Virus record (IMG/VR): IMGVR_UViG_3300025168_000044
Location: 26,957-90,956 of that record
DNA length: 64,000 nt
Strand: one strand, 5' to 3'
Source: a virus
Each line of letters opens with the position of its first letter. The first letter of the stretch is position 1. The translations under genes and the position numbers were made by a program. Under the pieces are notes generated by a model that saw only the letters and a program-made list of their open reading frames with translations, was not told the DNA's origin and did not search any database. Positions 56,505 through 64,000 of this stretch are shown here, one piece after another.

Positions 56505-58754
56505 ATGAAACGATCAACATTCTACACAGAAAAATATAATATAGTGTTTAACTGTAATTTTCCTACTTTGGTCATTGACCTAGAGACTACAGTAAAAAGA
56601 GATAAGGAACGAGGAATTACAGATAACTCTCCGTATAACCCTGAGAATAAAATAGTTTCAATCCATTATTGTGTAGTAGAAAATACTGAAGAAGAAGTTT
56701 ATAAAATAAATGAACCAAAAAGTATTATCTTAAATCATAAAGATGTAGAAAAAGATCATTCATATTTTACGAAAGTGAATGAAGAGTTAAAAGAATTACA
56801 AAAAACAGTAAGTAGATGTCAGGTATGGTGCGCCCATAACAGTAAGTTCGATCTGTCATATATGAGGCAGACTCAAAACCTACCTACTATGCCTGTATTT
56901 TTGTGGGATACAATGGTTGTTGAGTACCTATTAGCTAGAGGCATGAGACTACCTTTATCCTTGGCTAAAACTGCTGTAAGGCGAAATGCCCCAAATAAAA
57001 AAAGTGATTTAGTCGATACATTATTCAAGAAAGGGGATGGCATAGGATTTGACGAAATTCCTTTAGATATTCTTCTGGAATATGCAGAACAAGATGTTTT
57101 GACTACAGCACATATTTACATAGAGCAGAGAAGATTGATGGAGGAACAGAGGAATGTAGGGTTACAGCCTCTGGTGTATATGTGTAATGAATTCGCTAAA
57201 ACATTACAAGGCATCGAAAGCAACGGTATACCTATAGATTTAAACAGACTCAAAGAAGTTGAAAAAAATTATGTAAAAGAGAAAGAAGAATTATTGATTG
57301 GCCTAAATGAAATGTCTAAATTTTTAATGGGAGATAAACCTGTTAATTTAAATTCTGGAGCAGACATATCAGAACTAATCTATTCAAGAAAAATAGTAGA
57401 CAAGCAATATCATAAAAGAATTTTTAATATCGGGTGTGATGATAAAGGAAAATCTTTGCGTCCACCGAAAATGAGTACTAAAGATTTTAGATACGAAATA
57501 AGATCAAATTTTAATGTTATAAAAAAACAAAAATCTCAGCACTGCTCAGACTGTAAAGGCAAAGGAAAGATTTTTAAAATTAAGAAAAACGGAGAAAGGT
57601 ACAAACGTGAAAATATATGTGGGGAATGTAACGGAGAAGGATTTATCTATAATGATACATCAGAAACTGCAGGACTGAAACTTAGCCCTGATAATCCTCA
57701 TGACTGTTCAGTTCATGGGTTTAAATCAGATAGAAAAACTATTGAGAAATTACTGACTAAGCTGGAGATTTGGGAAGATACTCCCAAAAAGGATGTAGCT
57801 AAAAGATTTTTATCTTCTTATATCAGATTATCTTCAATCAATACCTATCTAGAGAGTTTTGTTAAAGGTATTAAATACTGGACTAGATCTGCCTCTTCTC
57901 TACTCCATCCTAATTTTAACCAATGCATAACCAGAACTGGAAGACTGAGTAGTTCAAATCCTAACTTTCAGAATCAGCCGAAAGGTAGATTATTCCCCGT
58001 CAGGCAATGTGTAGTGAGTAGATGGGCTGATAGGGGAGGAAAGATTTTAGAAGCGGATTACTCAGGTCTAGAATTTAGGATTGCTGGTGAACTTTCCAAA
58101 GATCCTCAGATCATAAAAGATATTTTAGAAGGTAGAGATGTTCATAAGCAAACTGCATCAATCATTAACCAATGTAAAGAAGGAGATGTAACTAAACAGA
58201 TGCGGCAGGAAGCGAAAAAATATACTTTTGCTCCTCTTTACGGTGGTCAAGGCGCAGGTGAACCACCCCATATTGCAACCTATTTTAAGGAGTATTTTAA
58301 AATTTATGAACGATTAAGAGCATGGCATGACGAGTTACAGACTGAAGCTGTAAAGTTTGGTACTGTAACTACCCCGTCTGGAAGAGAGTTTTTCTTTCCA
58401 GACACTGTTCGATTATCTAATGGTGGGTCTTCAAACGCTACCAACATTAAAAATTATCCAGTTCAATCATTCGCTACGGCAGACATAGTTCCTCTTGCAG
58501 TTCATCGAATGAATTCAGCCTTAGATACGATGAATTCTCTCGTTATTATAACTGTACATGATTCTATTGTGATTGATGTGTACCCAGACGAATTGGATAA
58601 GATAATTGAACTTTTAGTTTTTACAATGACAGATCTTCCAGACGAATTTCTTGCTAGATTCAACTACTTAATATCTACTCCTTTAGATATTGAAATACAG
58701 ATTGGAGATAACTGGATGGAAATGGAAGAAATTACTATACCAGAAATAGTTTAA
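56505..58754 (+). CDS. family A DNA polymerase with DnaJ-like Zn-finger insert (HMO-2011-type)
   Basis: exonuclease DLET/HNSKFD/YAEQD; CSDCKGKG and CGECNGEG; TGRLSS, DYSGLE, AKKYTFAPLYG (Phe at 762-equivalent), VHDS. Confidence 0.93.
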   Translation: MKRSTFYTEKYNIVFNCNFPTLVIDLETTVKRDKERGITDNSPYNPENKIVSIHYCVVENTEEEVYKINEPKSIILNHKDVEKDHSYFTKVNEELKELQKTVSRCQVWCAHNSKFDLSYMRQTQNLPTMPVFLWDTMVVEYLLARGMRLPLSLAKTAVRRNAPNKKSDLVDTLFKKGDGIGFDEIPLDILLEYAEQDVLTTAHIYIEQRRLMEEQRNVGLQPLVYMCNEFAKTLQGIESNGIPIDLNRLKEVEKNYVKEKEELLIGLNEMSKFLMGDKPVNLNSGADISELIYSRKIVDKQYHKRIFNIGCDDKGKSLRPPKMSTKDFRYEIRSNFNVIKKQKSQHCSDCKGKGKIFKIKKNGERYKRENICGECNGEGFIYNDTSETAGLKLSPDNPHDCSVHGFKSDRKTIEKLLTKLEIWEDTPKKDVAKRFLSSYIRLSSINTYLESFVKGIKYWTRSASSLLHPNFNQCITRTGRLSSSNPNFQNQPKGRLFPVRQCVVSRWADRGGKILEADYSGLEFRIAGELSKDPQIIKDILEGRDVHKQTASIINQCKEGDVTKQMRQEAKKYTFAPLYGGQGAGEPPHIATYFKEYFKIYERLRAWHDELQTEAVKFGTVTTPSGREFFFPDTVRLSNGGSSNATNIKNYPVQSFATADIVPLAVHRMNSALDTMNSLVIITVHDSIVIDVYPDELDKIIELLVFTMTDLPDEFLARFNYLISTPLDIEIQIGDNWMEMEEITIPEIV

Positions 58755-58766
58755 ATATAGGTTAAT

Positions 58767-59681
58767 ATGCCAGAAAAATTAAGTGCTGATCAGATGAAAG
58801 ATCTTTCCGTTCCTGCTGAAATGTTGGAAGAAACGCTCAAAGCATTGGGAGCAGGTACTAAAAATATTGAGAGATTACCAAATCTTAAAGTTCAGTTAGC
58901 TAAAAAAGATGATCAAAATCGGAGAGTGCCAGAAGGACATTTCTTTCTAAAGCATCCACAGATTGAACCTGCGTACTCTCCAAGGGTAGTATTTCGGCCT
59001 TTATCAATGCTCTACCAATGGATTGACTATGATCAAGAGAATAACTCTGTGAAGAATAAAACTATCCTAGTTTCTAACTTCCAAGCAGAGCCTAGAGATC
59101 AGCTTGGTACAGTAAGATGTGGTAAACCTACTTCTAAAGTATTTAGAGATTTACCTAAATTTGAACAAAAGAAGTATGGGACTATTCGATGTTTCAGACA
59201 GTTGAGAGGAGTAGTGTCTTTTACTGGCACTACTGCAGATAAAGAAAAAGTAGAGTTCGATAGATCACCTTGCATCCTTCTGTTGAAAGGAAGTAATTTT
59301 ATTCCATTCGATAATCAGGTAGTCAATACACTACCTGCTAGTAGACTCTTCCATGAATTTAATGTTCAGCTTGAAGCTGAAGAAATGATTAATGGAGCAG
59401 TAACTTACTACGTCATTAAATTTACGCCTGATTATGCTAAACCTTTAGTTTTTGACCCAGAAACAGTCAAAACTATGACTATGTTCAAGGATATGATTCA
59501 AATGGAAAATGTTTCTATTGAAACGCAACATCAGAATAATTTGGCTAAGAATCAAGGTAAGCAGTATGGAACGAAAATTGATAAAGAAGAACAAGTACTT
59601 ACTGCGAAAATCATAAATCCTCATGGTGAGACTGAAGAGGAATATGATGATGATTCTTTAGATGATGACTTCAATAATTAA
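58767..59681 (+). CDS. probable ssDNA-binding protein
   Basis: follows the polymerase; acidic C-terminal tail ending DDDFNN. Confidence 0.65.
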   Translation: MPEKLSADQMKDLSVPAEMLEETLKALGAGTKNIERLPNLKVQLAKKDDQNRRVPEGHFFLKHPQIEPAYSPRVVFRPLSMLYQWIDYDQENNSVKNKTILVSNFQAEPRDQLGTVRCGKPTSKVFRDLPKFEQKKYGTIRCFRQLRGVVSFTGTTADKEKVEFDRSPCILLLKGSNFIPFDNQVVNTLPASRLFHEFNVQLEAEEMINGAVTYYVIKFTPDYAKPLVFDPETVKTMTMFKDMIQMENVSIETQHQNNLAKNQGKQYGTKIDKEEQVLTAKIINPHGETEEEYDDDSLDDDFNN

Positions 59682-59703
59682 TTTTATTACTAATAATTTA
59701 TAA

Positions 59704-60027
59704 ATGAACCAGCAGAAGAATAGAGGGATTTTTCCTAAAACTTTTTTGACTAATAAGACAAAGAGAGAACTGGGGAAAGTTAGAGAATCTTGTGATCTGC
59801 TGGTACAACAGACTAGCCCATTTTTAGAAAAAGAATCTACAGACTTTGGTGAGATAGAAAAAGACAGTGAACACTATGAAGCTATAAAAAAATACATGGA
59901 GAAAGGAGGGACGATAAAAAAATATAAACCTTTACTACAAAAAATAGAAGTAGATCAAAATGTAGTAGACGAAAAAGATATAAAAGACATAAAAAATTTT
60001 AAATTAGGATTTCAGAAACTAGAATAA
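59704..60027 (+). CDS. small protein with SutA-like motif
   Basis: IKKYMEKGGTIKK resembles the [FY]L..GG.I motif. Confidence 0.5.
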   Translation: MNQQKNRGIFPKTFLTNKTKRELGKVRESCDLLVQQTSPFLEKESTDFGEIEKDSEHYEAIKKYMEKGGTIKKYKPLLQKIEVDQNVVDEKDIKDIKNFKLGFQKLE

Positions 60028-60032
60028 TTATT

Positions 60033-60938
60033 ATGATTTCTCTTATAGAAGTAAAAATAAAAAATGTACTAGAAAAGTTGAGCAACAATAAACATTCAGA
60101 GGTAGCACCAGAAGAAAAGATAGATAAGCTAATTGATGAAGCATGTGTAGAATTTAAGTTAGTACTTGAAAAACAATTCAAAAGGAAAAAAGAAAAGTTC
60201 AGACTACGTTCCTCAAATGTTGGAAAGCCTACTTGTCAATTACAGCTAGAGAAGAAAGAGTTACAAGAAGAAGAAATAAACCCACTTCCATACAATCATT
60301 TTACTAGAATGGTTTTGGGTGATCTATCTGAAATTATTGTTAATTTTATTATAAAACTTACTGACATAAAAATTACTGGGGCAAAAAATAAAATAAGATG
60401 GGATTTATTTGGTGGTAACAAGAAATATCCTGTTATTGAGGGGGAGAATGATATCGAACTGGAAGAGAAAGTTTATGACATAAAATCCTCCAGTCCTTGG
60501 GCCTATGAGAATAAATGGATGAAAGGATTTTCTGGAGTTGCAGGTACAGATAATTTTGGCTATATTGACCAACTTCTTTCTTACTCTTTACCTCAGAATA
60601 AAAGACCTGGAGGTTGGATTGTCTTAAATAAATCTACAGGAGAAATAACTGTAGTTGAATTTTCTATGTTAGAAACTGAGCAGAAACAAGAAGTTGCAAA
60701 AATAAAAGAAACTATAAAGTACATTACAGAGGATCATTCTTTTAAAAAATGTTTTGATGAACAGGATGAATATTTCTACAGAAAACCTACAGGCAATAAA
60801 AAATTGCCTGTAACCTGTAGTTTCTGTAGTTTTGTAAGACATTGCTGGCCGGATGCTCAGTATCTTCCTCAAGCCAGATCAAAAGCTCAAAATCCAAAAA
60901 TGGTTTGGTACACTCATTATACTGAAGAAGATGAATAA
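60033..60938 (+). CDS. PD-(D/E)xK (Cas4-like) exonuclease
   Basis: LRSSNVGKPTCQL, YDIKS, GYIDQL..Y, CSFC..HCW. Confidence 0.8.
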   Translation: MISLIEVKIKNVLEKLSNNKHSEVAPEEKIDKLIDEACVEFKLVLEKQFKRKKEKFRLRSSNVGKPTCQLQLEKKELQEEEINPLPYNHFTRMVLGDLSEIIVNFIIKLTDIKITGAKNKIRWDLFGGNKKYPVIEGENDIELEEKVYDIKSSSPWAYENKWMKGFSGVAGTDNFGYIDQLLSYSLPQNKRPGGWIVLNKSTGEITVVEFSMLETEQKQEVAKIKETIKYITEDHSFKKCFDEQDEYFYRKPTGNKKLPVTCSFCSFVRHCWPDAQYLPQARSKAQNPKMVWYTHYTEEDE

Positions 60939-60947
60939 GGAGCAGGG

Positions 60948-61421
60948 ATGTTTTATGACTACAGAAAATTTAGAGGAATACAACATGGCTATAGGAGTGG
61001 GCTAGAAGATAAAATTGCTCAACAGTTAAAAAAAGCTAACATATCAGTAGAATACGAAACACTCTCAATAAAGTATACCGTACCTGCGATTATCAGAACT
61101 TACACTCCAGATTTTTTCCTACCTAACGGTATAGTCATTGAAAGCAAGGGAAGATTTACTACAGAAGATCGAAAAAAACATCTTCTGATAAAGAAACTAT
61201 TTCCAGAATTAGACCTGAGATTTGTATTCTACAATTCAAAATCTACTTTAAGAAAAGGGAGTAGAACTACTTATGCGGATTGGTGTGAGAAGAACAATTT
61301 TTTATATTGTGATAGATACATAGATGAAAATTGGTTGAATGAAAAAATTAATTTGAATTCGTTTAACTTAGCAATGAATTTTTTAAGAATAAAAAAACCA
61401 GTGAGGGGTAAGAAGAAATGA
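60948..61421 (+). CDS. T7 endonuclease I-like Holliday junction resolvase
   Basis: YRSGLE, YTPDF, IESKGRF, DRKKH, YADWC. Confidence 0.9.
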   Translation: MFYDYRKFRGIQHGYRSGLEDKIAQQLKKANISVEYETLSIKYTVPAIIRTYTPDFFLPNGIVIESKGRFTTEDRKKHLLIKKLFPELDLRFVFYNSKSTLRKGSRTTYADWCEKNNFLYCDRYIDENWLNEKINLNSFNLAMNFLRIKKPVRGKKK

Positions 61422-63214
61422 TGTTGCGTAACGATATAAAAATGGATTTTAGCAGGGACTGTTTATTCGATGAATTAGGATTAGCTAGATTATCAGAATC
61501 TTATATGCTTCCAAGTGAAGAATCTCCTCAAGAAAGATTGGCTTATGTTTCTTCCAAGTTTGGTTCTAATCGTAAACATGCCCAACGATTGTACGATTAC
61601 TCTTCTAAGCATTGGCTTTCCTATTCCACTCCTATACTCAGTAACGGCAGATCTAGCAGGGGATTACCCATTTCCTGTTTTCTATCATATTTAGAGGATA
61701 CTGCAGAGGGTTTGGTAGATACTCTTAGTGAAGTAAATTGGTTAAGTATGTTAGGAGGAGGAGTAGGTATACACGTTAAAATCAGAGAAGTAGATGAAAA
61801 AAGTACTGGAGTAATGCCCCACCTTAAAGTCTATGATGCTTCTTCTTTGGCATACAGACAGGGCAGAACTAGGAGAGGATCTTACGCAGCATTTTTAGAT
61901 ATAGATCATCCTGATATTCTACAGTTCTTAGAAATGAGAAAATTTACTGGAGATCAAAATTATCGGACACATAACCTGCATCATGGAGTAAATATTTCCA
62001 ATAATTTCATGGAGCTTATCTTTAACTGCATGAAAGAAAAAAACTATGATGATTCTTGGGAATTAATTTCTCCTAATACTGGAGATACAATAGAGGTTGT
62101 ATCAGCTAAGTATTTGTGGATGAAGATTTTAGAAACGAGAATGGAAACTGGAGAACCTTTTTTAATATTTTTAGATACTGCAAACAGTAAACTACCCCAT
62201 TGGCTAAAAGAGAGGGAGTTGAAAATTAATGGGAGTAATTTATGTACTGAAATATTTCTTCCTACTTCTTCCGAAAGAACTGCAGTCTGCTGCTTATCCA
62301 GTTTAAATTTAGAATATTTTGATGATTGGAAAGATAATCCTGATTTTATCCTAGATGTGATGGAAATGCTGGATAATGTTATAGATAATTTTATAGAAAA
62401 TTCTCCTGCTGAAGTGGGTAGAGCAGCTTTTTCTGCTATGCGAGAAAGATCGATAGGAATTGGAGCATTAGGTTTTCATGCTTACTTACAAAAAAATTCA
62501 ATCCCCTTTGAAGGGATTGCCGCAGTATCTATAAACAGAAAAATTTTTAAGCATATTCATACCGCATGTATTGACGCAGATGAGATATTAGCTGACAGTA
62601 GAGGAGCATGTCCAGATGCTGCTGATGCTAAAGTCCATCGTAGATTTTCACACCATATGGCTATTGCCCCTAATGCTTCTAGTAGCTTAATTATGGGTAA
62701 CACCTCTCCTTCTGTAGAACCGTACAGAGCCAACGTCTACAGGCAAGATACTCTTAGCGGAGCATATATACAGAAAAATAAATTCTTAGAGAAATGGTTG
62801 ATAGAAAATAATTTAAATACTGAGAAGATTTGGAGCAGCATCATATCTAACTCAGGGTCAGTACAACATCTTGATATTCCTAGAAATATTAAAGAAATAT
62901 TTAAAACTGCCAATGAAATAAATCAGAAATGGGTAATTGAGTTAGCCAGTAACAGACAGGATTATATAGACCAAGGGCAGTCTATAAATTTATTTTTTGA
63001 TCCTGATGTAGACGTTCAGCAGTTACATGCCTGTCATGCTTTAGCTTGGAAGGCTGGATTAAAATCTTTGTATTACTGTAGAAGTGATAAATTAAGAAAA
63101 GCAGATAAAGTTGGAGAAAAAATAAAAAGAGAGAAGATACTTACACAAGAAGAAATAACTAAGTTAACTAATTTAGCTGAAGGAGAAGAAGTCTGCATAG
63201 CATGCGAGGGATAA
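61418..63214 (+). CDS. nrdA: class I ribonucleotide reductase alpha subunit
   Basis: ISCF, GGGVG, SNLCTE, APNASSS, DQGQS, SLYY, C-terminal CIACEG. Confidence 0.92.
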   Translation: MMLRNDIKMDFSRDCLFDELGLARLSESYMLPSEESPQERLAYVSSKFGSNRKHAQRLYDYSSKHWLSYSTPILSNGRSSRGLPISCFLSYLEDTAEGLVDTLSEVNWLSMLGGGVGIHVKIREVDEKSTGVMPHLKVYDASSLAYRQGRTRRGSYAAFLDIDHPDILQFLEMRKFTGDQNYRTHNLHHGVNISNNFMELIFNCMKEKNYDDSWELISPNTGDTIEVVSAKYLWMKILETRMETGEPFLIFLDTANSKLPHWLKERELKINGSNLCTEIFLPTSSERTAVCCLSSLNLEYFDDWKDNPDFILDVMEMLDNVIDNFIENSPAEVGRAAFSAMRERSIGIGALGFHAYLQKNSIPFEGIAAVSINRKIFKHIHTACIDADEILADSRGACPDAADAKVHRRFSHHMAIAPNASSSLIMGNTSPSVEPYRANVYRQDTLSGAYIQKNKFLEKWLIENNLNTEKIWSSIISNSGSVQHLDIPRNIKEIFKTANEINQKWVIELASNRQDYIDQGQSINLFFDPDVDVQQLHACHALAWKAGLKSLYYCRSDKLRKADKVGEKIKREKILTQEEITKLTNLAEGEEVCIACEG

Positions 63215-63219
63215 CATAG

Positions 63220-63654
63220 ATGAGTAAATATAGACGTATATATCCACCGATTACACCAGACCAACATTTTACATATTGGAGAACATTATATAAGTCTCCT
63301 AAAGTTTTAGGAGGCCCGAATAGAACTTACTGGTACTGCCAATGTATCTGTAACTCAAAACATCATGTAAGAGCAGATCAATTAGTTAATGGTAAGTCAA
63401 AGTCTTGCGGATGTTTAAAGTCTGCTTACCTTTTTAATTGTGAAAATAAACAGTTCAATTGTTGGACTGTATTAAAAATAGATAAGATTATAAACACACA
63501 TAGGTATGCGTTATGTAGATGTGTATGTGGTTATGAAAGTCTAAGAAGATTATCGTCTATAAAACAAGGAGCATCCAAATCGTGTGGTTGCCAACCTAAG
63601 AACTACCCTAAAACAACGAAAAAGTGTGCTTACTATGGGAAGAAAATCACTTAA
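63220..63654 (+). CDS. protein with two WxCxC...SCGC Zn-finger repeats
   Basis: WYCQCIC...SKSCGC and LCRCVCG...SKSCGC; no nuclease domain. Confidence 0.7.
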   Translation: MSKYRRIYPPITPDQHFTYWRTLYKSPKVLGGPNRTYWYCQCICNSKHHVRADQLVNGKSKSCGCLKSAYLFNCENKQFNCWTVLKIDKIINTHRYALCRCVCGYESLRRLSSIKQGASKSCGCQPKNYPKTTKKCAYYGKKIT

Positions 63655-63991
63655 TGATTTAGCAGGAGAAGAATTTGAGCATTTAAAAGCTGTAGAAATA
63701 TCTCATGTGTGCAATAAAACGACATTTTGGAAATGTCTTTGTACTTTATGCGGGAACTACACTGTAGTTCAAAGAAGTAATCTAGTAAGCGGAAATTCTT
63801 CTTCTTGTGGATGTAGAAAAGGAAAAAATATTCTAATAGCGGAATTAGCAGGGTGCGCTCCAAGTGCCGTGTCCGCTATTTTGCGTAATAAATACAGAGG
63901 TGCAACGTGCGCCACTCGTAAAAAGACTGACAAGATAAAAGCTTTGGCTAAAGAACTTAATCATACGCCTTGGTACAACCTAAACACTTAA
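63635..63991 (+). CDS. Zn-finger + LacI-like HTH fusion protein
   Basis: WKCLC..CG...SSSCGC then IAELAGCAPSAVSAIL...KIKALAKELNHTP; start placed at MGRKS. Confidence 0.65.
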   Translation: MGRKSLNDLAGEEFEHLKAVEISHVCNKTTFWKCLCTLCGNYTVVQRSNLVSGNSSSCGCRKGKNILIAELAGCAPSAVSAILRNKYRGATCATRKKTDKIKALAKELNHTPWYNLNT

Positions 63992-64000
63992 TATAAAACT

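Noticed and set aside
56505-63214. intein or intron in PolA or NrdA
   Set aside because: No Hint motifs or ORF interruptions; the PolA insert is the DnaJ-like finger
63215-64000. missing nrdB as a novelty
   Set aside because: The window ends here; the beta subunit may lie just outside
1-64000. stop-codon reassignment
   Set aside because: Coding density is high under the standard code and TAA, TAG and TGA all end full-length genes

Overview
The window is entirely bacteriophage DNA of marine podovirus type and appears to be two different phage genomes joined near 28.55-28.6 kb. The left arm (1-28.55 kb, by eye ~45-50% GC) is a temperate phage segment. It has an Xis/Cro-like HTH gene divergent from an S24 repressor plus tyrosine integrase, an attP built on the 3' half of tRNA-Asn(GTT), a 4521-aa polyvalent internal virion protein, two more ejection-type proteins, a 1275-aa nozzle/stabilisation protein, a cluster of tiny basic proteins, an M15A endolysin and a holin. 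The right arm (28.6-64 kb, by eye ~30-36% GC) looks HMO-2011-type, since its PolA carries a DnaJ-like CxxCxGxG insert. It contains tail fibre module, nozzle, adaptor, major capsid, scaffold, portal, TerL/TerS, ThyX, a probable genome terminus and early region, a Mom-like modifier, primase, helicase, PolA, SSB, exonuclease, endonuclease I and NrdA. Several families occur once in each arm (nozzle, Cys/Zn-finger protein, three small basic protein families), so this is either a natural hybrid or a chimeric assembly of two phages of one host. The most notable unexplained signals are: exact in-frame 25-32 bp patches shared between unrelated genes; a nested-repeat insertion in the nozzle; a holin-like gene separated from the late operon by attP; a switch-like structured capsid leader RNA and a three-way-junction RNA; a conserved basic microprotein module; and GGWCC avoidance. 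Functional calls come from recognising motifs by eye, not from database searches.
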